Assembly (NCBI GenBank): GCA_964438515.1
Contig: CAYTLK010000003.1
Span: 20,195-84,194 of the forward strand
Source of the DNA: an uncultured Planctomycetaceae bacterium
GTDB lineage: Bacteria; Planctomycetota; Planctomycetia; Pirellulales; Thermoguttaceae
Reading direction: 5' to 3'
Length of the DNA stretch: 64,000 bases
Positions within the stretch are counted from its first letter, which is position 1. Each line of letters begins with the position of its first letter. The position numbers and the translations under genes are program-made. Positions 1-10,500 of this stretch are shown one piece after another. The notes beneath the pieces were generated by a model that was not told where the DNA came from, ran no database searches, and saw only the letters and a program-made list of their open reading frames with translations.

Positions 1-1
1 C

Positions 2-280
2 TTTTACCACATGAGCGTGGAGGAAACCGACATGATGGGAGCGTTCATTTCCGGCGGAAAATACTTGCAGCACGTTCATCTTGCGGGCGGTCTTTCCGAC
101 CCGAAACGTTCGATTCCCGGACAGAATCAGAGTCGTTTTGTTGAAGGTTTTCGCGGCTTAAAATACATCGGGTACGACCATTTTTGCTCTTTTGAGTGCG
201 GAATCCAAGGTGAACGGGAAATTGAAATCCCAAAATCCATCGAATTTCTGAAAAAAGAATGGAAACTGGCAATTGTTTAA
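2..280 (+). CDS. sugar phosphate isomerase/epimerase (xylose-isomerase-like TIM barrel), C-terminal fragment; 5' end lies outside the window
   Basis: The frame is open to the window edge. The 89 aa listed (MSVEETDMMGAFISGGKYLQHVHLAGG...FLKKEWKLAIV) align position for position with the C-terminus of the complete 314-aa paralog at 3119..4063 (MSIEETDMMGAFISGGKLLKHVHLAGG...FLKKEYELAVI). Confidence 0.75.
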   Translation, partial: FYHMSVEETDMMGAFISGGKYLQHVHLAGGLSDPKRSIPGQNQSRFVEGFRGLKYIGYDHFCSFECGIQGEREIEIPKSIEFLKKEWKLAIV

Positions 281-330
281 TGTGCAGTTTCATTAACGAG
301 ATTCACCACTTCTTTTTAAGAAAGAATACT

Positions 331-2073
331 ATGAAAATTAAACTTTTATTCATTCCAGCACTGATTCAGGCACTGACGCTGATACTGACGCTGACGTTTA
401 CCGTTCCGACTGCGGCAGAAGATGCGGTTCCAATTTCCATCAACAACGGCGCCAGGATTTTGTTCCGCCATCCGCTTCCTGCAATGCACGTTGAAGGTCG
501 AAAAAATGGGTCGTACAACAACGAAGAAATGGGACTTCCGTGCATTCTGACCACGCAGGATTTTGAGCTTGGTGAGATGATTCATCAATTGCGAAACACG
601 ATTTTTGACGATCGCCGTCTCGTGTTTATTGATGGAAAAGTCCTCATGTGCAGCAAAAACTGGATTCGCGACCACGTTCATGAAATGAAAGCCTTCTGCC
701 ACTGGGAATACGATTTGGGTTCCTTCCTCAATTTCATCATCGAAACGCAGCGCGAAGACGGCTGTTTTTACGAACTCATCAAGCAGATGGATGATTTCCA
801 TTGGAAAATGGTCGACGAAGACTGCCGCATTTTGTATCCCGACGACAGTCTGTCCCTCGTGCGGCTCGAAATCGAAGCGGACATCGAGTATCTTGTTGTG
901 GAAGGCGCGATGGATTACTACCGCGTGACTGGCGACGATGCGTGGCTCCGCCGCGTTTTGCCGAGACTTGAAAAAGGAATCGAGTACATCACTTCCGACC
1001 CCAAACGCTGGGATGCGGACCACGGACTCGTAAAACGTGCGTTCACAATCGATACGTGGGACTTTACGTACCGTCCCGATGCAGGGACGAATCGGCGAAT
1101 CAACGCCGAAACTCCGATGGGAATCATGCACGGCGACAATTCGGGCGTTTTTCAGGCGATGAATCAGCTCGCGTGGATGAACGAACGTCTCGGACAAAAA
1201 GAGAAAGCCGATGCGTGGAGAAAACGCGCCGAAGTGCTGAAAACAAACCTTTTTAAATATCTCTGGAACGGAAATTTCTTTATTCATCAACTGCCTCTTG
1301 AGGGGGCGGGAATCGACGATTTGGAAAATGTACGACTTTCACTCTCCAATGCGTACGCCCTGAATCGAGACCTGCTTTCCCTCGAACAATCGCGTTCCAT
1401 CATCGAAGAATACATGAAGCGCCGCGAAACCGTCCGCACGTTTGCAGAGTGGTATTCAATCGACCCTCCATACGCCCAGTTCGGATCGTACGGACCGGGA
1501 AAATACGTGAACGGAGCGATTTCGCCCTTCACGGCCGGGGAACTCGCAAAAGGAGCGTTCCGCCGCGGTTACGAAAAATACGGCTGGGATATTGTGTGCC
1601 GATTCGAAGAAATGATGAAACGAGACGGGAAAATTTACTTCCTTTACTCGCCCGACGACAGCACTCCTCAAGGAGGCGGACCGAGTGCCTGGGGGGCGGC
1701 GGCGCTGCTGTCGGCCATTGATGAAGGTTTGGCCGGCGTCCGAGATTTGGGCTGCGGATACGATGTTCTCGAATTCTCTCCCCGTTTTCCCGTCACGAAT
1801 TACACGGAATTGCGATACATCACCGGATACGAAAAAACGGCAAAAATCGTTGATATTCGTTACATTTTAACCAATGCCGGGATGCGTTATTATGTGATTT
1901 CCCCCGCACATGAGATTCAGGCGCACGTGCTGCTTCCAGAAGGAAAAAGATGTGCGCATTTGTACATTAATGGGACGGAAACCCCGTTTGAAATCTCGAT
2001 GATTGGAGAAAGTCGTTACGTCGATTGCACCATTCACAGCGATGGAAACGTCAATATTGAAATTCTTTTCTAA
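331..2073 (+). CDS. secreted six-hairpin (alpha/alpha)6 glycoside-hydrolase-like protein, family unassigned
   Basis: The ATG at 331 gives MKIKLLFIPALIQALTLILTLTFTVPTAAEDA, a Sec signal. The 24 upstream codons of the tracked ORF overlap the preceding gene. The helical-repeat body ends in GGGPSAWGAAALLSAIDEGLAGV, which is typical of six-hairpin glycosidases. A hairpin terminator follows. Confidence 0.55.
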   Translation: MKIKLLFIPALIQALTLILTLTFTVPTAAEDAVPISINNGARILFRHPLPAMHVEGRKNGSYNNEEMGLPCILTTQDFELGEMIHQLRNTIFDDRRLVFIDGKVLMCSKNWIRDHVHEMKAFCHWEYDLGSFLNFIIETQREDGCFYELIKQMDDFHWKMVDEDCRILYPDDSLSLVRLEIEADIEYLVVEGAMDYYRVTGDDAWLRRVLPRLEKGIEYITSDPKRWDADHGLVKRAFTIDTWDFTYRPDAGTNRRINAETPMGIMHGDNSGVFQAMNQLAWMNERLGQKEKADAWRKRAEVLKTNLFKYLWNGNFFIHQLPLEGAGIDDLENVRLSLSNAYALNRDLLSLEQSRSIIEEYMKRRETVRTFAEWYSIDPPYAQFGSYGPGKYVNGAISPFTAGELAKGAFRRGYEKYGWDIVCRFEEMMKRDGKIYFLYSPDDSTPQGGGPSAWGAAALLSAIDEGLAGVRDLGCGYDVLEFSPRFPVTNYTELRYITGYEKTAKIVDIRYILTNAGMRYYVISPAHEIQAHVLLPEGKRCAHLYINGTETPFEISMIGESRYVDCTIHSDGNVNIEILF

Positions 2074-2088
2074 AATCCAAACATCACT

Positions 2089-2127
2089 CTTTCAGGAACT
2101 CAAACGGATTTTTGACGTTCCTGAAAG
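2089..2127 (+). terminator. hairpin terminator candidate after the GH-like gene
   Basis: 11-bp inverted repeat ctttcaggaac (2089-2099) / gttcctgaaag (2117-2127), followed by the T-rich stretch tctttctgattct. Confidence 0.45.
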
Positions 2128-2253
2128 TCTTTCTGATTCTGTTCCTTGAGTTTTTTCGGAGATACCTTAAGAATATCGTACAAAATTAAGTTGGAGATAT
2201 CTTCTGAATTTTCAATAATTTTGTTTTTTTCTGAATATTTTTCTATTATTTCC

Positions 2254-2282
2254 TTGCAAATAACCCGTATAAATAGTACAAT
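2254..2282 (+). promoter_or_regulatory. sigma70-like promoter candidate for the FHA gene
   Basis: TTGCAA (2254-2259), 17-nt spacer, TACAAT (2277-2282); about 45 nt upstream of the ATG at 2328. Confidence 0.4.
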
Positions 2283-2327
2283 AGAAATAAAGGGATTTAA
2301 TTTCGTTCACTTTCCGGGGGGGAATTT

Positions 2328-2828
2328 ATGAAAGTGGAACTATTTGTACTCGACTGCGACTCCGCCAGCAGCCGCATTGAACTGACGCTGCCAGCCATCG
2401 TCGGACGGGGAGAAAATGCGGATTTAATCATCGCGCACCCGGAAGTAAGCCGCCAGCACTGCCGGCTCTTCTGGTTCCGGAATTCCGTACATATTCAGGA
2501 TTTGAAATCTCTGAACGGAACGAACGTCGCCGGTCGCCTCATCGCAAATGCGGAAAGCGTCATTCAGCCGGAAGAACATTTTACCGTAGGACCGGTACAA
2601 TTCAGAATATCGTACAGCAAGCAAGATGCATCCTGCTCCGACCCTACAGGTTCGACCGCCCGACGCACGCACGGTTCCTCCAACTCCATTCATTCCGCAT
2701 CACAGCCGTCTTTGAACATGCGAAACGACTCGCGCAACGCCATTCGCCGCGACAATTCTTCCAATGGAAACGGGAACGGGAACGGGAACAACAACGGAAA
2801 CGGAAGTCGAAACAACATCAAGAAATAA
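2328..2828 (+). CDS. FHA domain-containing protein with Asn/Gly-repeat tail
   Basis: IVGRGENADLIIAHPEVSRQHCRLFWFRNSVHIQDLKSLNGTNVAG is the core FHA signature (G-R...S-x-x-H...N-G). The C-terminus is NGNGNGNGNNNGNG. A GGGGG Shine-Dalgarno-like run sits 6 nt upstream. Confidence 0.8.
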   Translation: MKVELFVLDCDSASSRIELTLPAIVGRGENADLIIAHPEVSRQHCRLFWFRNSVHIQDLKSLNGTNVAGRLIANAESVIQPEEHFTVGPVQFRISYSKQDASCSDPTGSTARRTHGSSNSIHSASQPSLNMRNDSRNAIRRDNSSNGNGNGNGNNNGNGSRNNIKK

Positions 2829-2831
2829 CAC

Positions 2832-2864
2832 ACAACGAAACTCGGATTTTCCAAGTTTCGTTGT
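2832..2864 (+). terminator. hairpin terminator candidate after the FHA gene
   Basis: 11-bp stem acaacgaaact (2832-2842) / agtttcgttgt (2854-2864), followed by aaatttt. Confidence 0.4.
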
Positions 2865-2958
2865 AAATTTTGAGTTGAATCCAGAAGTTCCCAAAACCTC
2901 AGATTTAAGATTTTGACAAAAGAATTTTGTTGCACAAAAATCGTACAAGGAACGTTTT

Positions 2959-3110
2959 GTTTCCACTCTAACGGGAGGAAACAAAACGCTCCCGTAGAGA
3001 CGTAACTGTCGTGGGGAAAAAACATTTTGAATGTTGTTTTTTCCCCAGTTACTCGCTCCCGGTCGCACCGGGTCAAAAACTTTTTAATATTGTGTTTTAG
3101 GACTTCCTAA
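2959..3110 (-). repeat. R1 structured intergenic repeat, copy A (minus orientation)
   Basis: The reverse complement aligns with copies B (37395..37522) and C (49162..49299). Shared blocks are gtcctaaaacacaatattaaaaagtttttgacccggtgcgaccgggagcgagtaactgggg, the hairpin ggggaaaaaacaacattcaaaatgttttttcccc, and acgtctctacgggagcgttttgtttcctcccgttagagtggaaac. It starts about 9 nt after the stop codon of the 3119..4063 gene. Confidence 0.8.
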
Positions 3111-3118
3111 TCGTTATT

Positions 3119-4063
3119 TCAGATGACTGCCAGTTCGTATTCCTTTTTGAGGAACGCAAGCGCTTTCGGAATTTCCACTTCCCGATCGCCACGCACTCCG
3201 CATTCGAAGGAACATGGGCCGGTGTAACCGATATATTTCAGTCCGCGGAATCCTTCGACGAAACGGCTCTGATTCTGTCCCGGAATCGTACGGCGCGGAT
3301 CGGAAACGCCGCCCGCAAGATGTACGTGTTTCAAAAGTTTTCCGCCGGAGATGAACGCGCCCATCATGTCGGTTTCTTCAATACTCATGTGGTAGAAGTC
3401 GCCCATGACGGACATTCCGCATTTTTTCGAAGAAAGTTCGTTGATGTCGCGAGCGATTGCAGCGCCGTCTGCCACCTGACGCAGGAAGTATGCTTCACCG
3501 CGATTCAGCGGTTCAAAAATGATGGTGGTTCCGCATTCCGCAGCAAAATCGGCGAGCGCCGGGAAATCATCCAGCAACATCTTGCGGATTTCCTGATTCG
3601 TCAGCGGACTCTGACCGTTGAAAGCCGGTACGTAAATCACACCGGTGCAGCCCACAATTCCAGCGCCTTCGAGGACGGCTTTGAGGTCGTCGGTCCCCTT
3701 CTGTTTTCGGTCTTTGTCGAAACTCATGAGGTCGCCGTTGTGCGAGCCCCAGCAAACTGCGGACGGAATCAGTCCCGCGTCGGCGATTGCTTTGCGCGTA
3801 CGTTCAGCTTCGTCTTTATTCGCAACGTTTCCGCCGAGTTCTGCCGCTTCGATTCCCCATTCTTTCATTTTGGCGAGCTTTTCCTCAAGTGAGCCGCCCG
3901 GAATAATTCCGAGCTGAGAACCGAGGCAGAGCCGCGCATTTGTGATCTGATTCGCACTTTTTCCGTCGAAAGTACAGTCGGTTACTTCCGCTTTCACGTT
4001 GATATTCGTCATTGCGACAGCGGCGGCAGCGGCGCCAGCGGCCAAAAATTCACGTCGTTTCAT
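3119..4063 (-). CDS. Tat-exported sugar phosphate isomerase/epimerase (xylose-isomerase-like TIM barrel)
   Basis: The N-terminus MKRREFLAAGAAAAAVAM fits the twin-arginine motif (RREFL). The body has the TIM-barrel pattern (IIFEPLNRGE, HVHLAGG) of the AP-endonuclease-2 / xylose-isomerase-like family. Confidence 0.75.
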   Translation of the reverse strand: MKRREFLAAGAAAAAVAMTNINVKAEVTDCTFDGKSANQITNARLCLGSQLGIIPGGSLEEKLAKMKEWGIEAAELGGNVANKDEAERTRKAIADAGLIPSAVCWGSHNGDLMSFDKDRKQKGTDDLKAVLEGAGIVGCTGVIYVPAFNGQSPLTNQEIRKMLLDDFPALADFAAECGTTIIFEPLNRGEAYFLRQVADGAAIARDINELSSKKCGMSVMGDFYHMSIEETDMMGAFISGGKLLKHVHLAGGVSDPRRTIPGQNQSRFVEGFRGLKYIGYTGPCSFECGVRGDREVEIPKALAFLKKEYELAVI

Positions 4064-4185
4064 TAATTGAATCTCCTGTTTTTCAATAAAAAGGTAGGTG
4101 GTTTCTTTTTTAAACCTGATATTTTTATTGTAACGGGAACGGGAGAAAAAATCAACGGGGGACGGAAGATTTTTTCAAAAAACTC

Positions 4186-7100
4186 TTAAAATTTTTCCTT
4201 TTTGCCGGATTTTCGAACGACACCAACGCCCAAAACGCCCAGAATCAGCAACACCCACGCCGCAGGTTCCGGAATCGCATTCGCGTCGCGGGAAAGCAAA
4301 AGCGCACTGGAAACCGCATCCCAATTCAGGTTCCATTCGTAACGAAAATCAGAGCCGAGCCACGATTCCAGATCCAGGTTTTCAGCGGAACCGCCGGGAT
4401 ACGCATTCGAAACTTTGAACGTTTCGCTCGACCCCAAATTCGCGTCTTCTGCGACCACAAGCTCGATGAAACCATTATTTATGTCGTAGGTCGGCACCGT
4501 GTCGAGCACAAATCGGCTGAATTCTGTCGGAGAATCAATCAAAAGTTCCAGATTGGAGCCTTCGACGAACGCTGCGCCGCTCAGCGACACGTACGTTTCG
4601 TCGGAAGCGGGAGCCGGAGCCAGAGCGCCGCCCGCTTCGACCGTGTACGTGCCGGTTCCAGCCGCACCGGCAGAAAGAATAACGAGTCCGTCTACGATTT
4701 TCATTCCGCCCGCCCAGTTGTTTTGGGTGTTCGTAATTTTGAGCGTTCCTGCGCCAGATTTCACGATTTTGAGTCCTTCGTACCCCGAATGATCCGTAAT
4801 TTTGGATGTAATAGTGAGGTCCGCATTCCCGGCGGTCATCGCCCCTGTGTCTTCGACCGTCAAATCGAGTTCCGTGATGGACGAACCATTTTTCAATAAC
4901 ATGAAAATATTGTTGGAAATGACGGATCCCGTTCCGGTTCCATCGACCGTCAGAATGGGCGAGTCACTCGTCCACCAACCCATACGGAATTCTGTACCGG
5001 AAACATCGGCACCGTCTGTCAGCGTTACACGGTTTGCGTAGTTTGCGCCGGCGATGTACAATTCCGCATTTTCACCCGTCACGTGAACGGGGGTATTTTG
5101 AATGTTCCACGATTCCGCACGCAGGGTTCCGGTTCCGGAAACTTCAATCGTCGTTGAACCGAAATAACCATAACGGCTTCCGGTCGGAGCAAGTCCGCTC
5201 CCCGCCAGTCTGAGCGTCCCTTCCGTCACGGAAACACCTGCAATCGTTCCATTTCCGCCGGATTTTTCAAGCGTCAGCGTTCCTGTACCCGTTTTTTCGA
5301 GCGAAACAGCAGAACTGAAGGTCCCGGAAAACGTGGAATCTCCCGAAAGAACCTGGGAACTGGCGTTCGTGACGCTCCCCACTTTGAGCGTCGCCGCATC
5401 GCCGAGGACGGAAACGGTTCCCAAGCCGGTAAGCTGTTTGAGGTTGTAGGTTCCGACGCCGCCGTTTGCTGTCGAGAGGAGCTGAAGGGCAGAGGATGCA
5501 TCGCTGAGGTTCAGCTGACCGTAACCGAGCGCCTGAGTTGCTGAAATCTGTACGGTTCCCGCTGTCACTTCCATTCCCGTCGTCCATTTATTGGTGCCGT
5601 TCGTCAGACGCAGGACGCCGGCACCCATTTTTTTGAAAGGAATGGAGACGCTGGTCGAATTGTCGTAATCGCGCAGCTGACCGGAAATCGTGAGGTCCAC
5701 GCCCGTTGTGTCGCCCGTCGAATTGACCGTCACATTGAAAACCGAGCTTCCGTGAGTCGTCAAAACGATGTCCGCATCAATGAAAGAGCCGGAAGTTCCC
5801 GAAACGACCAGAACCGGGTTGGTTCCCGTTCCGTAATTATTTCCGACACGAAAACTGTTTCCGTCCGCATGGTCGTTCGAATTCGATTGCGCAGTGATTC
5901 TCGCACCGTTTTTCAATGTTAATTGATTCAAATACATTTGCTCGGCTGCGATGTGTATGGATCCGCCGTCAAGCGTGATGGGACTTCCAGAAACCGCAAA
6001 ACTCGTCGCAAGAATCAATTTTCCTGATGTATTTACAGTAATCGGCGTGTTTTTCAGCGCCGCACTACCGTATTTGTTGTCCCCTGAAAGAGAGAGCGTT
6101 CCTTGGTCGACGACGAGTCCCGCAAAACCATTGCTCTGCAACGCCGTAATTTCAAACGATCCGGCTCCGACTTTCGTCAGTTGGACGGTCGAACCGATGG
6201 AACCTCCGAAAGAGGCCGACACGTCCGCACTGGTGACGCCGACGCCGACATTTATGTTTGCACCCGTTCCGAGCGCCGAAAGCGACGCATTTCCGGAAAG
6301 ATTCTGAACGTTTGCCGAAATTCCTTCCGCCAGAACGATAGACGTTCCGTTCGAAGTGGAGATTGCGCCTTTTCCCGCTGCATTGTCGGCCGCAAGCTGA
6401 ATCGTTCCGGCCGTCAGATTGATTCCGCCCGCCCAAGTGCTTGCGTTGCTGGAAAGTTTCAGAACACCAGCCCCTGCTTTTTTCAAAACGAGACCGGAAA
6501 GTCCGGAATAATCGAAAATTTTTCCCGAAATCGTGAGGTCCACGCCCGATTCGTCGCCGGTAGAGTCGACGGTCACGGTATAATTGTCGCTGGACCCGCT
6601 GCCCCGCACCATGGTGATTCCGGCAGAGATGGCGGACGCAGAGGTTCCCGTGACGTACAACGTCGCATCCGAAACACCTGCATAATTGTATCCGACGCGG
6701 AAACTATTGTCGTCGTTTCCGCCGGAAGTTCCATTAACCGCAGTAACTGTAGCGCCGTTTTTGAGCGTCATATGATTCAGGTACTGCTGCGTTCCGGTCA
6801 GATGAACGTTCCCGCCGTCTGCGGTCAGCATTCCGCTTCCGATACCGAAATTGTGCGACACTAAAAGCTTCGCGCCGGCAAGAATCGTGACGGGCGCGGA
6901 ACTCATGCAGGGTGTACCAAATTCGCCGACCGACAGTTGGAGGGTTCCTTCCTGAACCGTTATACCGTCAAAAGCGGTCTGAATCTGCGTGATGTTCAAC
7001 GTTCCCGCCCCGGTTTTCAGGATGGCGGTTCCTGCGAGCTGGTTTGCGAAATTCAACGTTCCGTCTGCGACTTCAAACGTCTGCGCATCTCCCGTAAAAG

Positions 7101-7386
7101 TAAGGGTTTTCGCCCCGCTGAACGCTGCAGATTCGGAAGAATTCAGCCCCGTAAATGCGATTCCAGTGACGGACGCCGCCGCATCGAGCGTAAACGCATT
7201 GTCCGCCGCAACCGTGATTCCCGCCTGATTCCCATCGACCCAAGACTGATCGGCCGTTCCGTTCACCGTCCACGCCGCATCGGACCAGTTCCCGGTCCCT
7301 ACGCGCGTATAATTCTCCGCAGAGAGAGCCGAGCACCCTAAAACACCGCACAAAAACAGGACTTTACGGAAATTTTTTCGATTCAT
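4186..7386 (-). CDS. autotransporter-associated beta-strand (PATR) repeat protein with PEP-CTERM anchor
   Basis: Signal peptide, then recurring units KTGAGTLNITQ, KKAGAGVLKLSS, KVGAGSFEIT, KMGAGVLRLTNGTNKWTTGMEVTAGTVQI, KTGTGTLTLE and KSGAGTLKITNTQNNWAGGMKIVDGLVIL. The C-terminus IPEPAAWVLLILGVLGVGVVRKSGKK is a PEP-CTERM sorting signal. Confidence 0.8.
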   Translation of the reverse strand: MNRKNFRKVLFLCGVLGCSALSAENYTRVGTGNWSDAAWTVNGTADQSWVDGNQAGITVAADNAFTLDAAASVTGIAFTGLNSSESAAFSGAKTLTFTGDAQTFEVADGTLNFANQLAGTAILKTGAGTLNITQIQTAFDGITVQEGTLQLSVGEFGTPCMSSAPVTILAGAKLLVSHNFGIGSGMLTADGGNVHLTGTQQYLNHMTLKNGATVTAVNGTSGGNDDNSFRVGYNYAGVSDATLYVTGTSASAISAGITMVRGSGSSDNYTVTVDSTGDESGVDLTISGKIFDYSGLSGLVLKKAGAGVLKLSSNASTWAGGINLTAGTIQLAADNAAGKGAISTSNGTSIVLAEGISANVQNLSGNASLSALGTGANINVGVGVTSADVSASFGGSIGSTVQLTKVGAGSFEITALQSNGFAGLVVDQGTLSLSGDNKYGSAALKNTPITVNTSGKLILATSFAVSGSPITLDGGSIHIAAEQMYLNQLTLKNGARITAQSNSNDHADGNSFRVGNNYGTGTNPVLVVSGTSGSFIDADIVLTTHGSSVFNVTVNSTGDTTGVDLTISGQLRDYDNSTSVSIPFKKMGAGVLRLTNGTNKWTTGMEVTAGTVQISATQALGYGQLNLSDASSALQLLSTANGGVGTYNLKQLTGLGTVSVLGDAATLKVGSVTNASSQVLSGDSTFSGTFSSAVSLEKTGTGTLTLEKSGGNGTIAGVSVTEGTLRLAGSGLAPTGSRYGYFGSTTIEVSGTGTLRAESWNIQNTPVHVTGENAELYIAGANYANRVTLTDGADVSGTEFRMGWWTSDSPILTVDGTGTGSVISNNIFMLLKNGSSITELDLTVEDTGAMTAGNADLTITSKITDHSGYEGLKIVKSGAGTLKITNTQNNWAGGMKIVDGLVILSAGAAGTGTYTVEAGGALAPAPASDETYVSLSGAAFVEGSNLELLIDSPTEFSRFVLDTVPTYDINNGFIELVVAEDANLGSSETFKVSNAYPGGSAENLDLESWLGSDFRYEWNLNWDAVSSALLLSRDANAIPEPAAWVLLILGVLGVGVVRKSGKKEKF

Positions 7387-7521
7387 GACAGTTTACCTGA
7401 TTTTTTCATGATACTGTATTTATTCTCAATAATATGAACAGTATATTCCAAAAAAGGAAATGTCAAGGAAATTTTGAAAAAATTTAAAATTATTCAGGAA
7501 AAAGACACCTCTTCCAGCAGT

Positions 7522-10500
7522 TTATTCGTACGGAATCCTTTTTTCCACGCCGAACTGCACCTTTACAGGCCCAATCAGTCCGGAAGGCGTCAGTTTGTCC
7601 GCGGCGAAAAACCCCTGATACCGCTTAAACCCGTTGTCGGTCGGAAGCAAAAAGACGTTCGTACGACTGATTCTTTCCTCTTTTTTGCACGCCGCATCGC
7701 CGATGAGACGATTCGCCCAAACGTTCGTCACGTCGATTTCGACCGTATTTTCCCCTTCTTTAAGAAAATCCGTCAGATCCGCAACCCACGGCGCCGTCCA
7801 CACGATCCCCGCATTTTTCCCGTTGATTCGAATGCTCGCAGTGTGATTCACCTCACCGAGGGACAGACGGACCGAATGTTTCAACGCCTCGTCGGAAACC
7901 GTAAATTTTTTGGTGTACGTGCAGGTTCCAGAGAAAAAACGGATTCCCGGATCTTCATTTTCGTTCCAATACGTCAGAGTGTCGAAATGCACGTCTCCCT
8001 CCGGAGCGCCCAAATTCGGCGCGAATCGCAGCGTCCAATCGCGTGAAAGGTCGATTTCTTCCGGAAATTCCGCCTCCGAAACCTCCAGCAGCTTTTCCTC
8101 TCCCTTTGAGTTTGTTAGAATATACCGAACAGGGGTCCAAAATCGGAATTTCAATCCGTTCTGACCGTTCAGTCCGTTCTGACCGTTCAATCCGTTCGGA
8201 ACTTTCTGACCGTCCGAATCGTCCGAATCCCAGTCAAAAGAAGACGAAATGTCTGCCAAAATGCCGCGAATGGACGTAAAATGTTGGGCCGCGCACAAAC
8301 AGTTCGTTTTGCGGAACGTCACGAATGCGGAACCGTTGACCGCAAGCGGAAGCGTGACGCGTGTGCGGCCGTCCCCCAGCCCCGAATATGCGAGAGCCGG
8401 ACGCGTTTCATCCGTAAGCGGGTCGTAAATCTCCGGAATTCCTGACGCACGAAATACGGCGTCGATCGTTCCGCTTCCCGCCACAAAATATCGGTCTTCC
8501 GACGCATCTTCCAAATGAATATAGTGCGCGTCCCCCTCAAAATCCGGCAGAATTTTCTCCGAATTCAGCACCTCTTCCATCGAAACGTTTCGATAAATAC
8601 GTCCTTTTCCGACCTGAATGAAATTTGTACTTGAATCCGTGTTTTTCCACAGTCTTCCGCACACGTCCGCCAGACGCGCGTCACGCTGGGAAAAGCTGCG
8701 CAGCCCGGGATTCCGTTGGGGAATATTCTCGCCCAGCACCACAACGGCCCCGGCTTCCGCCAGTTTCAGCGCCTTTTCCAGCGCTTCCACCGGAATCGGT
8801 TCGCCCTTCAGAGGGTCGATGACGAGGATTTTGTAACTCATTCCGTGCGGCAAAACGAGCCGACGGTCGCTTTCTCGGAACGCCAGACGATTCACAAGCA
8901 CGTTCGTGTCGAGCAAATCGTACTTCCATCCCGCACCGGGAACGAGTTTCGAATCGGGATTCCACGACTCGCCGTGTCCCCATCCGATGTAATTTTTATC
9001 ACTCGTATAGACGCAGACGTCCGCGACGTACGTTCCCGTCCGCAGGCGTTTCTGACAGAGTTCAATGTACCGGAAAATCCCCGACGATTCGTTCCACCAT
9101 GTAACATTTGTGTTGATGTGCGTTCCGGCAAAATACTCGAATCCGGGACGCCCCAGCTCGGTCGGCGACGCAGTGAAAGTGTGCCAGATGAACATGTTCG
9201 CACCATCCGCAAAGTTTTCGTCTGCCGCCGGCTTCAAATGCGCGGGATACTGCGACCAATGATGCACCATGTGCGTGAAAGATTCCATCGAAACAAGCGT
9301 TTTTCCGTAAATGTGCGCCGCCATGGAGGCGTAACGGGCGTTGCTGCGCGTGAGGGGCCAAACGTACGGCTTCGTCGTCGGTTCTTTCGGCTCGGAGACC
9401 CAAAATTCGCCCTGAATCACATCGTTCTGCCCCCAAAACGTCAGCATGTCGGCTTCCGCAAACAGCTTAAAATTCCCCATCCACGCATTTTTCCCGCGCG
9501 ACCAAGGTCCGCCGTCCTCGGAGTGCCAGACCATTCCATGTTTTTCGCAGAGTTCCCCGATCGTGAGGTAGCAATTTTCCCGAAATGCGTCGCTCACCGT
9601 CCGGAAATAATCCTCACAGAAACGCCGTGACGCCTCCTCACCGCCCAGAATCAGTCCGCGAAGAATCGGAAGTTTCGTCACGAGTTCGTAACCGTTCTGT
9701 TTTTCAAAACGCTCCGCAAAACCCGGCGTCCAGTTCGGGTCGGAACCCTCCCAGCTGACGTTGTAAAAGTGCGTCAGCGTCTTTCCGCGGCCCGCCAAAT
9801 CGCCGACATCGCCGAGAATTTGCCCGCACATGAGTCCAAAATAGCGCGTCACGGCCTCCCGACTCAAAATATCCACACTTCCAACGTCACCAACCACGCG
9901 CGACCCAAACCGCAAAATCTTCCAGGAACCCTCCGGAACATCCCACCGCAGTGTTTTTGTACAGTTTTCATCTGTCTGTACAAAATTCTTCAAATCGACG
10001 ACACTTTGCGCGTCGGCAGTCGGAGCGTCTTCGGCGGGAGTTGCGGCTCGGCCCCACGTCTCGTTGAGTTTCACCGCCTCGCGTCCCTCTGAAACCTGCG
10101 ACGTAATTCTTACTGCCGCAATCGCAACGTCTTCAAAAAACCGTTCTTCGGACGGAATCTCAAGCGGAATTTCGACCGTTTTCGGACCGTTTACGTTTTC
10201 TTCCGTCCAAATCAGTTCTTTCGGCCCGTCTTTTCCCAAATCCCATGGTCCGCGCAGCTGTCCGCCGGTATTTGCGATATTCATACTCACGTGCATCCCC
10301 AGCCGATGCGCTTCTTTCACGAGGTGCGTCACCATCCGCCGCCAGTCGGGACTCATGTATTCGTACTTGATTTCGAGTGGCACCGGCACATGTTTGGTCG
10401 TGTTTACGTCGTCGTAATATCCGCGCGAATCGACGAGCAGAACCCCTCCGATTCCTTTTGAGTGCATTGCTTCGAGGTCGCGCGTAATGAGTTCTTCCGA

